Shown here: positions 19,408-29,507 of the stretch, in pieces | Position numbering within the stretch: position 1 is the stretch's first letter | Layout: every line of letters starts with the position of its first letter | From: a virus | Strand: one strand, 5' to 3' | Virus record (IMG/VR): IMGVR_UViG_3300025732_000026 | Span: 24,567 to 88,566 of that record | Length of the DNA stretch: 64,000 nucleotides | Translations under genes and position numbers: made by a program | Notes under the pieces: generated by a model | The model's input: only the letters and a program-made list of their open reading frames with translations | Database searches by the model: none | What the model was told of the DNA's origin: nothing

Positions 19408-20783
19408 ATAAACTAATAATATTTGATTTAGATGGGGTTCTAGTAGATTCTAGGGATTTGCATTACTTCGCGTTAAATGATGCTTTGCGATTGATATCAA
19501 ATAAATATCTTATCACTAGGGATGAACATTCTAGTCGATATGATGGATTAAATACATATCGCAAATTAGAATTGCTTACACAAGATAAAGGACTTGATCC
19601 TAAATTTTATAATGAAATATGGCAAAATAAACAATCAGCCACTTTAGAACTAATTAAACAGCTTAAATCTAGTTTGGCTTTACAAGAATTGTTGTCCAAA
19701 ATAAAAAAGAATGGTTATAAGATTGCAGTAGCGTCTAATAGTATTCGAGATACTGTTAAATTCGCACTGTTAAGATTGGGAATATTTGAGTATATTGATT
19801 ACTATGTATCAAATGAAGATGTGAAATATGCTAAACCTTTTCCTGAAATGTACTGGCAATGTATGACAGTATTAGATTGTTTACCTCAGAATACAATAAT
19901 AATAGAAGATAGTCATATTGGAAGAGAAGGTGCTATTAATTCCGGCGCGCGATTATTGGCAGTAGAGAATGCATTAGAAGTAAGCGATAAGAATTTTATT
20001 TTCAAATTAGAAAAATATATGAATACTGTAAATACATCACATAATAGTTTGCCGTGGATAGATGATTCAATGAATGTATTAATTCCAATGGCAGGTGCTG
20101 GATCAAGATTTGCTCAAGCAGGTTATACATTTCCTAAACCTCTAATTGAGGTTCGAGGAAAACCAATGATACAAATGGTTGTCGAAAATCTTAACATTAA
20201 AGCTAATTATATCTTTATTGTACAGAAAGAACATTACGATACATATAATTTAAAATATTTATTGAATCTCATCGCACCTAATTGTAAGATAGTAGAAGTT
20301 GATGGTGTAACTGAAGGCGCAGCTTGTACAACACTTTTGGCTAAACAATTTATTGACAATAATGAACCATTACTGATAGCGAATTCGGATCAGTATATTG
20401 ATTGGAATGCTAACGAAACGATGTATTCTCTAACATCGGATAATATTGATGGTGGAATGCTAACATTTACTGGGAGTCATCCTAAATGGTCATACGCTAG
20501 ATTGGATGAATCGGGATATATAGAAGAAGTTGCCGAGAAGAGAGTTATATCGAATATTGCAAGTGTAGGTGTATATTATTGGAGACATGGGGCTGATTAT
20601 GTGAAATATGCTGAACAAATGATTGATAAAAATATTAGAGTTAATAATGAATTCTATGTTGCACCTGTTATAAACGAGGCAATCGCGGATGGGAAAAAAT
20701 TTAAAATTAAAAATATTTCTGCTATGTGGGGTACAGGTACACCAGAGGATTTGAATTATTTTTTAAATAATCATGGTAAATAG
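19404..20783 (+). CDS. HAD phosphatase fused to a sugar-nucleotidyltransferase-like domain
   Basis: FDLDGVL, KPFP, IEDS; second domain IPMAGAGSRF...PKPLI, GTPEDL. Confidence 0.88.
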   Translation: MNKLIIFDLDGVLVDSRDLHYFALNDALRLISNKYLITRDEHSSRYDGLNTYRKLELLTQDKGLDPKFYNEIWQNKQSATLELIKQLKSSLALQELLSKIKKNGYKIAVASNSIRDTVKFALLRLGIFEYIDYYVSNEDVKYAKPFPEMYWQCMTVLDCLPQNTIIIEDSHIGREGAINSGARLLAVENALEVSDKNFIFKLEKYMNTVNTSHNSLPWIDDSMNVLIPMAGAGSRFAQAGYTFPKPLIEVRGKPMIQMVVENLNIKANYIFIVQKEHYDTYNLKYLLNLIAPNCKIVEVDGVTEGAACTTLLAKQFIDNNEPLLIANSDQYIDWNANETMYSLTSDNIDGGMLTFTGSHPKWSYARLDESGYIEEVAEKRVISNIASVGVYYWRHGADYVKYAEQMIDKNIRVNNEFYVAPVINEAIADGKKFKIKNISAMWGTGTPEDLNYFLNNHGK

Positions 20784-20786
20784 TAG

Positions 20787-21593
20787 ATGAAAAGATTACT
20801 ATTTTTTATAACACATTCAACGCTGACATTACAACATGCTAGAATGACATTTAAGAGTATTTCTAAACAATCGAATGTTCATCAAAAATTTGATAAATTT
20901 TATCTGTATAATACACATGAGAATGAATTATCCAATGTAGATTTAATTGAGTTATTTGAATATTATGGATTATATAATTTTTTCAATGAATTGTGTATTT
21001 TTGAGTATGATGTAAATACTCCCAAATCGCTTGGCGCCGATATTGACACTATTAAAAAATATTGCGAGTGTAATTATGATGCTAATGATAAAATATTGAT
21101 TTTGAAATCGGATTGTTACTTATCCAAAAATTATTTCAATGATTTATTCGAATTTGACATTGAAAATGAAGATTGCTATTTTACGGCTCCTTTTATTGTA
21201 TCAAAGGCAAGAATACCGGAAAATGAAATAATAAAATATGGTGATAGGGAATCTTTTGTAAAATCAGATGATATAACATTTTTTGTTGAGGATGAGAGGA
21301 ATAGTTCAGATAATGATTTTTTTAATAGGAAAGATATAGATGTCACTGATGAAAGAATAAGATTTATATCGTGTACAGTACAGGGTGATTTCTCATGTCA
21401 CTACATTCCAATAAAATTATTGAAAGATTTGATCATATCATATGATTCGTGGGGTGGCGTTAAATTCTATCGTATTCAACATTTATGCAGATCAACTAAA
21501 AATAGTTTTGTGATTCATCAATATCATGATATAATTTCAGATAATAGATCAAATGATCGTGAAGGGCCTGTTAAAGTTTGGATGAATAGTTAA
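20787..21593 (+). CDS. Hypothetical protein in the glycosylation cluster
   Basis: Long ORF within the operon; LKSD and HQYH motifs. Confidence 0.6.
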   Translation: MKRLLFFITHSTLTLQHARMTFKSISKQSNVHQKFDKFYLYNTHENELSNVDLIELFEYYGLYNFFNELCIFEYDVNTPKSLGADIDTIKKYCECNYDANDKILILKSDCYLSKNYFNDLFEFDIENEDCYFTAPFIVSKARIPENEIIKYGDRESFVKSDDITFFVEDERNSSDNDFFNRKDIDVTDERIRFISCTVQGDFSCHYIPIKLLKDLIISYDSWGGVKFYRIQHLCRSTKNSFVIHQYHDIISDNRSNDREGPVKVWMNS

Positions 21594-21602
21594 AAGGATA
21601 AT

Positions 21603-22304
21603 ATGCAACCCACAATTTGTAATCAAGAAAATTCACAAGAAATTTACGATAGTTTCAATGATTTCATCTTTTCAAAAGATCGAAATGTTTTTAATAAACT
21701 AATGCTTCGACATGAGTTATATTCATCTGTTAAACATCTACATGGCGATATTGTAGAATGTGGTGTATTCAAGGGTTCTGGTATAATGACTTGGTGTAAG
21801 TTGTTACAGATGTATGAGCCAAATAGTATTAAAAAAGTCATAGGTTTTGATATGTTTTCAAAAGATTTTGTTGGTGAGCTATCAGATGATATAGAACGTG
21901 ATATGATGTCCCAAGTTTTTACTAGAGATGCTAATCTAAATAATAAAACTATATCATTAAATTCTGTAACTAATAGATTATTAAATGCTAATATTCCAGC
22001 AAAATCGTTTGAATTAATTGAAGGTGATGCGAGTGAAACTACCAGAGAATATACTGAGAATCGACCAGGTTTTCTAATTTCTTTATTGTATTTGGATATG
22101 GATTTATATGAGCCAACATTCAATACACTAAAAAATTTATGGGATTATGTTACTCCGGGCGGTATAGTTGTGTTTGATGAATATGCATATTCAGCATGGT
22201 CAGAAACACAAGCTGTTGATAATTTTTTCTTAGATAAGGAAGTTGAAATATTGAATACGAATTTTGCAGCCCCAACAGCTTATGTGATTAAAGAGAGAGA
22301 ATGA
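21603..22304 (+). CDS. TylF/MycF-family sugar O-methyltransferase
   Basis: GDIVECGVFKG, LYLDMDLYEPT, GGIVVFDEY. Confidence 0.85.
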   Translation: MQPTICNQENSQEIYDSFNDFIFSKDRNVFNKLMLRHELYSSVKHLHGDIVECGVFKGSGIMTWCKLLQMYEPNSIKKVIGFDMFSKDFVGELSDDIERDMMSQVFTRDANLNNKTISLNSVTNRLLNANIPAKSFELIEGDASETTREYTENRPGFLISLLYLDMDLYEPTFNTLKNLWDYVTPGGIVVFDEYAYSAWSETQAVDNFFLDKEVEILNTNFAAPTAYVIKERE

Positions 22305-22999
22305 AAACCGCTATAATTTTATCTGGAAATATTAGAACTTGGGATATATGTAAATCGGATTTTGTTGAAAAATTCAAACATCTAAATGCTGACATATATA
22401 TTGATACTTATAGGCTGCGATATGATTATCATCCTGTGATAAAAGAACGAATCCATGATTCAGATGATGTTTTTTTTACTGAGTTGAATGGCATTTATGA
22501 GTTATTTGATGATATTGAGAATACGAAAATCTTCAATATTGAAGATAATTTTTTCATTGACTTAGAACAATATCGAAAAATATTTGATGCTAAGTTTAGG
22601 CATTTGAACATAAATTGTTTCGGCGCGATAAGAAAATTATATAATTTATTGAATCAAGAAATAATGAAGAAATATGATTTAATAATCAAAACTAGAATGG
22701 ATTTAACATATCATGATATTATGAATATTGATTTAGATAATATTAAATCTAATGAATTGATAGTTGATGCTAGTAATGTTTATCCAAATGATTGTTTTTT
22801 AGCGGGATCATTTGATACAATGTATAAGATTTCAAAATTCATGTATGATGAATTTTTTAATCCTGTATTTGAAAATAGTGCCGAAAATGTGCCACATAAT
22901 TTATTATTTAATGCAACGTTACATAATAATATTAAAATAAATTCACACAAAATAATGAAAAGCGTGATACGCAAAGGAAATATTGAAAATTTCTACTGA
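22301..22999 (+). CDS. Glycosyltransferase-like protein
   Basis: AIILSGNIRT, YDLIIKTRMD, PNDCF. Confidence 0.65.
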   Translation: MKTAIILSGNIRTWDICKSDFVEKFKHLNADIYIDTYRLRYDYHPVIKERIHDSDDVFFTELNGIYELFDDIENTKIFNIEDNFFIDLEQYRKIFDAKFRHLNINCFGAIRKLYNLLNQEIMKKYDLIIKTRMDLTYHDIMNIDLDNIKSNELIVDASNVYPNDCFLAGSFDTMYKISKFMYDEFFNPVFENSAENVPHNLLFNATLHNNIKINSHKIMKSVIRKGNIENFY

Positions 23000-23006
23000 T
23001 ACCAAT

Positions 23007-23750
23007 ATGAAAATCGCTGTCGTACTAACTGGTCATATGAGATGTTGGAATGTAGTTTATCCAAATTTCAAAGAAAGAATATTGGATAAATATAGTCCAG
23101 ATATTTTTATTCATACTTGGAAAGATGAGGGTTATTGGACTCCACAAGAGATTAAGACTAAATCGGGCGTTCAAGACAATACTCCAATGATTGATGTCAA
23201 CTTAATTAAAAATTTATTAAATCCAATTGATTTTGTAGTTGAAGATTGGAATGAATATAATGCAATCTTCGATGAATATGCAAAACAATTTCCAAATTTT
23301 GCGCATAAACCTAAAAATATTTTATCAATGTTTTATAAGTTAAATGCTGGCATTTCATTATTAGAAAAATATATCAATATTACTGGAACGCAATATGATT
23401 TAGTTATCAGAATGCGGTCAGATATGATTCTCCATGATGAGCTAGATTTGTCGAAATTTGATAGAAATGTATTTTATACATTAGCACATAGAAATCATAT
23501 GGGTCAGGGAACTGGAGATCAAATTCATATTGGAAATGTATTTGATTCTATAGCATTTGCTAAAATATCATGTTTTATTCCTATGTTATATGCGTCAATT
23601 GGATTATTATGTCCACATGTCATGTCGGTTGCTTGGTTAAAAAATAGATTTAATTGGTCAGAATTTTATATTAATAAATCGTTACAGCATACGCCGAATG
23701 GTGAGTATGTCCTATCAGATGAGTTGAAAGATGTTGATAATCGCGCATAG
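23007..23750 (+). CDS. Glycosyltransferase-like protein, paralogue of the previous ORF
   Basis: IAVVLTGHMR, DIFIHTW, SMFYK, YDLVIRMRSD. Confidence 0.65.
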   Translation: MKIAVVLTGHMRCWNVVYPNFKERILDKYSPDIFIHTWKDEGYWTPQEIKTKSGVQDNTPMIDVNLIKNLLNPIDFVVEDWNEYNAIFDEYAKQFPNFAHKPKNILSMFYKLNAGISLLEKYINITGTQYDLVIRMRSDMILHDELDLSKFDRNVFYTLAHRNHMGQGTGDQIHIGNVFDSIAFAKISCFIPMLYASIGLLCPHVMSVAWLKNRFNWSEFYINKSLQHTPNGEYVLSDELKDVDNRA

Positions 23751-24213
23751 AGGTAATTTATCTGGAAGTAATCCAATATCTGAAAATCAACCAGAATATA
23801 TAGATGATGCATTGAGAAATGGGTTTGACGCTGAAATTGATCTGAGAATAGTAAATGATGAGTTATTTTTGGGGCATGATTCTCCAGATCATAAAATAGA
23901 TTTTGACTGGTTATTGAATCGCAGAAATTTTCTTTGGATTCATTGTAAAAATGCTGAGGCATTAGTCTTTCTCAATAATAATACATCGGCAAATTTGAAT
24001 TATTTTTGGCATAATACTGATGATTATACACTAACAAGTCTAGGTTATATATGGGCATTTCCTGAATTACCAAATATTGGTAAATATTGTATATCAGTAA
24101 TGCCCAAGATAATAGATACTCCTAAATTATACAAATCATATTCTTTTGGTGTTTGTACAGATTATGCAATTGCTACTAGAGAGTTATTACTAGCAAATAA
24201 GGAATGTTTCTAA
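23731..24213 (+). CDS. Glycerophosphodiester phosphodiesterase-like protein
   Basis: IAHRGN, EIDL, LGHD, WIHCKN, GVCTD. Confidence 0.75.
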   Translation: MLIIAHRGNLSGSNPISENQPEYIDDALRNGFDAEIDLRIVNDELFLGHDSPDHKIDFDWLLNRRNFLWIHCKNAEALVFLNNNTSANLNYFWHNTDDYTLTSLGYIWAFPELPNIGKYCISVMPKIIDTPKLYKSYSFGVCTDYAIATRELLLANKECF

Positions 24214-24214
24214 T

Positions 24215-25117
24215 ATGAAAATTTTAGTAACAGGTGGTGGTGGATTTATAGGATCAAATCTTGTAGATTGTTTGATTGCTAAAAATTATGATGTAGTAGT
24301 AGTTGATAATCTATCCTCAGCTTATGTATCAAAATCTAATTTTAATTCTGATGCTAAGTATGTTTTTTGTGATATCGCTGATTACAAATCAACGAGAAAA
24401 TTATATGACGGTGTTAGTTATGTCTATCATCTAGCAGCAGAGTCAAGAATTCAACCATCAATCAATAATCCCTTATTAGCAGTTAAAACGAATACTATGG
24501 GCACTGCCACTGTATTACAATGTGCTAGAGAAGCAAATGTTGAGCGAGTTGTATATTCTTCTACATCCGCTGTTTATGGATTAAAAAATAAACTTCCATC
24601 TAATGAAAATATGATAGATGATTGTTTAAATCCTTATTCAGTATCGAAATTATCGGGTGAGAAATTGTGTCAAATGTACTCAAGACTTTTTGGAGTAGAC
24701 ACTGTAATATTTCGATATTTTAATGTGTATGGTAATAGGGAACCTATTAGCGGCCAATATGCATCGGTTATTGGTATTTTTTTAAATCAATTGAAGAAGG
24801 GAATGTCTTTAACGATTGTTGGTGATGGCAAACAACGTAGAGATTTTGTTAACGTTAATGATATAGTTCATGCTAATATTCTAGCAATGGATTCTAAAAT
24901 AAAATCGTTTGGTGAAATATATAATGTTGGAACTGGTGTAAATTATTCGGTGAAAGAGTTGGCAGATATGATTTCAACTAATCAGATTCATGTCGAATCG
25001 AGACCGGGTGAAGCAACCGAAACACTAGCAGATACTACTAAACTAGAACGTGTATTTAATTGGAAACCAACTATTCAATTGACTGACTATATTGATAGTA
25101 CAAAGGAATTGACATGA
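24215..25117 (+). CDS. NAD-dependent sugar epimerase/dehydratase
   Basis: GGGGFIGS, YSVSK (YxxxK), RYFNVYG, RDFV. Confidence 0.92.
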   Translation: MKILVTGGGGFIGSNLVDCLIAKNYDVVVVDNLSSAYVSKSNFNSDAKYVFCDIADYKSTRKLYDGVSYVYHLAAESRIQPSINNPLLAVKTNTMGTATVLQCAREANVERVVYSSTSAVYGLKNKLPSNENMIDDCLNPYSVSKLSGEKLCQMYSRLFGVDTVIFRYFNVYGNREPISGQYASVIGIFLNQLKKGMSLTIVGDGKQRRDFVNVNDIVHANILAMDSKIKSFGEIYNVGTGVNYSVKELADMISTNQIHVESRPGEATETLADTTKLERVFNWKPTIQLTDYIDSTKELT

Positions 25118-25668
25118 ATGATATTAAGATATTTTTAGATTTTGGTACAGATGATGGAAAGGAACTTCTAAAATATATTGATAAGTTCAATATGTATACT
25201 GGATGGAAAATACTAGGATTTGAGTTTGATCCTGTTAAATTTGAACGACTTAAAAAAGAAGTAGTACCGGAACATAGTAATTTAGATGTTTATGATTTTA
25301 TTGCCACCGATAAAATCATAAAGTTTGATTTATCAGATAAGAATGAATCTGATTGGACACCTTGGAGCAATAATGTTGCATTAGAAAAATATCGAAATAT
25401 TGGTAGAGTTAAATGTTTCGATGTTAGAATGTTCTTGCGAGAATTTTTTTTCAAAAGTGATCATATTGTAGTACGAATGAACATTGCTGGTGCTGAATAT
25501 CAGCTATTAGAACATCTAATTCAACATGATATTATAGATTATATAGACGAATTATATATTAGTTTTCATTCTAAGAATTTTGATAATAAACAAGATATTC
25601 TTAGGAGAGAGAGCAAGATTCTTGATACCTTAATACAAAAGAATGTTAAATATCATGTAATTGATTAG
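25114..25668 (+). CDS. FkbM-like methyltransferase (divergent)
   Basis: FLDFG, GFEFDP, RMNIAGAEY (variant of KxDxEG), YISFH. Confidence 0.6.
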   Translation: MNDIKIFLDFGTDDGKELLKYIDKFNMYTGWKILGFEFDPVKFERLKKEVVPEHSNLDVYDFIATDKIIKFDLSDKNESDWTPWSNNVALEKYRNIGRVKCFDVRMFLREFFFKSDHIVVRMNIAGAEYQLLEHLIQHDIIDYIDELYISFHSKNFDNKQDILRRESKILDTLIQKNVKYHVID

Positions 25669-25683
25669 TGCGAAAACATATAA

Positions 25684-25691
25684 CATAAATA
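25684..25691 (+). promoter_or_regulatory. T4-type late promoter variant CATAAATA
   Basis: Variant of TATAAATA; the same octamer precedes the genes at 29508 and 41542. Confidence 0.55.
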
Positions 25692-25736
25692 GAATATCGA
25701 CAATACTATAGATGTTGTATTCTATTTCTATGTTAT

Positions 25737-27086
25737 ATGGAAAAATTTAATACTTTCTGCAATAAAAAATATACAAATCTTAGCGAAGAATTTGAGAAAT
25801 TTTTAGTTGAGGGCGTATATGATAAAGCAATATTCAAAGCTGTTTTTCTACAGGGTCCTCCTGGGTCAGGCAAAGATTATGTTTTAGATAAAGCATTATC
25901 TGGCCATGGTTTAACCGAAATTAATTCCGATAAAGCGTTTGAATATCTTTTAGATAAAGAAGGACTATCTCAGAAGATGCCGGAATCTGAAAAAGAAAAA
26001 CGTGGGTTTATTCGACTGAAAGCTAAGAATACAACTGATCTCCAACATCATCTAGCACTTCATGGCAGAAATGGACTTATCATAAATGGAACTGGTGACA
26101 CACTAGAAAAAATAAAAACAATAAAAGATATCCTTGAAAAGCGAGGATATGAAACAATGATGCTATCAGTAAATGTTTCGGATGATATTTCTAAACAGCG
26201 AAATATCGAAAGAGGTGAAAGAGGTGGTAGAACTATTCCTGAAAATATTAGACGCGAAAAATTTGACAATATTCAAAAATCTAAGCCGGAGATTAAAAAG
26301 CTATTTGGCGATAATTATATGGAATATGACAATTCCGTTGATTTTAGATTCGAGGCACCAGAAATAGTTGATAAGAAAAAAGATGAGTTGATGACTATTT
26401 TCAAAAAAACTAAAAAATTTGTAGAAGCGCCTCTTAGGACACCGGAATCTGAAAAATGGATTTCCAAAGAATTAACTAAGAAAAATACTTTGCCCATAAA
26501 AACAAATCAATCAAATAATAATACAGATGCTAAACGACTTGGATTAGATTATTATGGCTTTGGTAGATATGGTAAAAATCATAAAGTTACGCACAAAGAA
26601 ATGAATGGAAAATTAATACCTGTTCAAATATCGGAAAATAAAGTGGAATATCACAAAGATAGAGATAATAAAATAAAAAAATATAAAGTTAGGCGATTCG
26701 CCGCCAAAGATGCTCATCAAATGGATGGTGAAGTTGTGGTTGTTGATGGTAAAGAATATGTGATCAAAAAGAAAAAAATTAAAGAATCATTTGCATCTGA
26801 TACTGATGCAAATGATATATTTTTGTCGAGTGATGAAATAGAAGTGATCGATTATATGAATATCAATGAAAACATTAATGCACTATTTGAATCAATTGAT
26901 TTGGGGATAGAACCTGGTATGGCATTGAATTCTTATGCTAAAGAGAAAATCAATAAAAATGGTAAAATCACCGTGACAGAACTAACTGGTGATGAATCAA
27001 CAGCGACAATTTCTTCCAAAAAAGAAGATGAATTAAGGAAAACTGGAATAGCATTATCTAGTTTTAGGGCTAAAAATATTATTTGA
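25737..27086 (+). CDS. P-loop kinase-like (zeta-toxin/AAA_33-like) protein with a probable virion-processed C-terminus
   Basis: EGVYDKAIFKAVFL.GPPGSGKD, INSD, IINGTG, RN..RG..GGR. Confidence 0.7.
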   Translation: MEKFNTFCNKKYTNLSEEFEKFLVEGVYDKAIFKAVFLQGPPGSGKDYVLDKALSGHGLTEINSDKAFEYLLDKEGLSQKMPESEKEKRGFIRLKAKNTTDLQHHLALHGRNGLIINGTGDTLEKIKTIKDILEKRGYETMMLSVNVSDDISKQRNIERGERGGRTIPENIRREKFDNIQKSKPEIKKLFGDNYMEYDNSVDFRFEAPEIVDKKKDELMTIFKKTKKFVEAPLRTPESEKWISKELTKKNTLPIKTNQSNNNTDAKRLGLDYYGFGRYGKNHKVTHKEMNGKLIPVQISENKVEYHKDRDNKIKKYKVRRFAAKDAHQMDGEVVVVDGKEYVIKKKKIKESFASDTDANDIFLSSDEIEVIDYMNINENINALFESIDLGIEPGMALNSYAKEKINKNGKITVTELTGDESTATISSKKEDELRKTGIALSSFRAKNII

Positions 27087-27134
27087 TTTTATAGATCATT
27101 AATAAAAATTTTCAATAATTAAATAGGAAATAAA

Positions 27135-29291
27135 ATGTTTAACGATAAAATTACATTGAATGTTGCAGAAGCTATAGCAAAAGTGTTGAATAAAAATCTC
27201 GATGTATCTGAGGGATTAATTGATGATTTGAAAGATAATAAAAAAATCCGGCAAGAAACCGATTGGTATCATGATAAAAATGATCGGCAAGAAAAGAAAA
27301 AGTCGGAACCCAACATAAAAACATTTACGGGTAAATATGGAAAATCTAATTATAAATCAGTGAGTGAGAATCTATCAGACATAGATGAACAAAAAGATGT
27401 GAAACATGAAATTCAAGTTAATAGAATTCATGAAGATTTTGAACAGGAAGACGTGACATACGAAGAAATGAACGAGGGTTGGGGTGCCAGAGAACAGCAG
27501 CAACGCCGAGATGCTCAAAATAAAGCATGGGACGAATTGTTAGACAAACATAAGGAACATCCTAAAAATACTGAAAAATTGAAAAATTTGAGATTGAAAA
27601 ATTGGAGCGCACCAGCCGCCGAAAAAATGTTGAGGGAAGATTCTGAACAATTAGATGAATTATCTAAGAAGACTCTAGGCAATTATGTAAAAACTGCCGG
27701 TGCAGATTTGATGGTTACTTCACAAGATACCGGCTGGGGATATAAAAAAGGAGAAACTGAAAAAAATTTAAAGCGAATGATGAACAGATATAAGGGCATA
27801 AAACAAGCGGCCGATAAACTAACTAAAGAAGAATTTGAACAATTAGATGAAGTTGTTAGTGTGTCAACAATTGCAGACAATTTAATAAAACGTGCGTTAG
27901 GAAAATCTAATATTAAGAGAAATTCTGATCATACTTCATCTGTAAATAAAGGTGATTTTATTGTGCATGATAGAGGTGCAGTCGTTGCAAAATTAGAAAA
28001 GGGTACATGGGAAAAACACGTACCTAATGAACATAAATCAACATTTAATATTAAAGAAGATTTGGGGCAATTAGATGAAGTTGCGGATAAAGTTTATGAT
28101 CCTATTACTAAAAAAAATATTAAAAGAAAACCTATAAAAATTAAAATGGGTGGTGGTTATAGGAAAACGGTGGATGGAGTTGTGGTTGATTCATCTGATA
28201 AAAAAGAGATAGGAAAGAAATTTTCTGAAAGCTTGTCAATTTTTTCCGAAAAAGGATTAAAAGGTTTATTTGAGTCAATATATAGTGTTTCGGATGAGAC
28301 TGTAGAAATTATAAATGAAACATCTGAATTTGTTGGTATTCCACAATCAATTAATACTATCAGAAAAACTAAAGAACATCTAAAAGTCAATACAAATTTA
28401 CCAAAATCTATTCGAAAAGAATTGGAACAAAAAATAGAAGATCATAGAAAACATTTGGAAAAATCTGGATTTGATTTTAAAGAAGATTTTGATAATATTG
28501 ATTGGGAAACATTACTGGAAGAACCTGATAGCGATGAATTTGCACAAGAAGTAAAAAAAGCTGTTAGAAAGAATAAAGGTGAATTGAGAAATGATGAGAA
28601 CATCGCTAAAGGTGAGGTTCTTGCTGTTAAAAATGAAGAAGTTGAATATATTGATGAAATGAAAAAATTAAATAAAGTAAATCATGTTTATTCTGATGTA
28701 AATGCTGAAAAATTTGCAGATGAATATGTTAAGGGGCATTCTGGTGATTATCGTGAAGGAGGTCCAACAAAACAAGATTCGGAACATAGTGAAAATTTTC
28801 ACACAAATTATACAACAAAACATGTCAAATCTGGATTTGCTGGTGGTGGGAAAAAGATATTTACTCATAATAAAACGGGCGAAAAATTTGAGGTTGAGAT
28901 TGAACCTAATGGAAAAACTTTTTATGGAAATGATCATAGAGTTCGCAAATTAAATGAAGAAGTTGAAAAATATCCTTTTGTTGCAGTTCATGTCAAAAAG
29001 GGCACGCATCAAACCCATGGAAGCACGTCTTATGAAGCTGCACAAAATGCAGCAAAACATTGGAAATTAAAAAGCACCGCTGGCATTGATGTTTATCGCG
29101 CAGATAAAAAACATGTTGCCGAAAATGTTGAAGATTTAGATGAAGCACATATGACAGATACCGAAATGGAAAAAAGAGAAGAAATAGTTAAAGGAATGAA
29201 AAAGAATCTATCATCTTTTAAAGATCGATATGGTAATCGCGCAAAAGATGTTATTTACGCTACCGCAACAAAAAAAGCAATGGCGGATTAA
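27135..29291 (+). CDS. Large charged internal head protein/polyprotein
   Basis: Many EQLDE/(I/L)xE motifs (gp21 protease-type sites); LDELSKKTLGNY; C-terminal KREEIVKGMKK...YATATK. Confidence 0.6.
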   Translation: MFNDKITLNVAEAIAKVLNKNLDVSEGLIDDLKDNKKIRQETDWYHDKNDRQEKKKSEPNIKTFTGKYGKSNYKSVSENLSDIDEQKDVKHEIQVNRIHEDFEQEDVTYEEMNEGWGAREQQQRRDAQNKAWDELLDKHKEHPKNTEKLKNLRLKNWSAPAAEKMLREDSEQLDELSKKTLGNYVKTAGADLMVTSQDTGWGYKKGETEKNLKRMMNRYKGIKQAADKLTKEEFEQLDEVVSVSTIADNLIKRALGKSNIKRNSDHTSSVNKGDFIVHDRGAVVAKLEKGTWEKHVPNEHKSTFNIKEDLGQLDEVADKVYDPITKKNIKRKPIKIKMGGGYRKTVDGVVVDSSDKKEIGKKFSESLSIFSEKGLKGLFESIYSVSDETVEIINETSEFVGIPQSINTIRKTKEHLKVNTNLPKSIRKELEQKIEDHRKHLEKSGFDFKEDFDNIDWETLLEEPDSDEFAQEVKKAVRKNKGELRNDENIAKGEVLAVKNEEVEYIDEMKKLNKVNHVYSDVNAEKFADEYVKGHSGDYREGGPTKQDSEHSENFHTNYTTKHVKSGFAGGGKKIFTHNKTGEKFEVEIEPNGKTFYGNDHRVRKLNEEVEKYPFVAVHVKKGTHQTHGSTSYEAAQNAAKHWKLKSTAGIDVYRADKKHVAENVEDLDEAHMTDTEMEKREEIVKGMKKNLSSFKDRYGNRAKDVIYATATKKAMAD

Positions 29292-29292
29292 T

Positions 29293-29466
29293 ATGAAAAA
29301 ACTCTTTGAATTATTTGACGATTCTAAAAATAATGATAAACCTAGAAATCGTAAAAAACAAATAATTAAGGATGCAGTAAAGGATTCGATTAAAAATAAA
29401 TTATCTGGTAAAAAAGATGTATTTGATCCTGAACCTGATTTGAATTCTAGTGAAGTAGTTAAATAA
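29293..29466 (+). CDS. Small hypothetical protein
   Basis: ATG directly after the previous stop. Confidence 0.5.
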   Translation: MKKLFELFDDSKNNDKPRNRKKQIIKDAVKDSIKNKLSGKKDVFDPEPDLNSSEVVK

Positions 29467-29473
29467 CGAATTT

Positions 29474-29481
29474 CATAAATA
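29474..29481 (+). promoter_or_regulatory. Late promoter variant CATAAATA
   Basis: Upstream of a structural-type gene with an AGGAG SD. Confidence 0.55.
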
Positions 29482-29507
29482 CTAAAATAAATATTAGGAG
29501 AAGAATA

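Noticed and set aside
25737-27086. Zeta toxin-antitoxin system
   Set aside because: It has a P-loop kinase fold only; there is no antitoxin partner, and it sits among late/virion genes.
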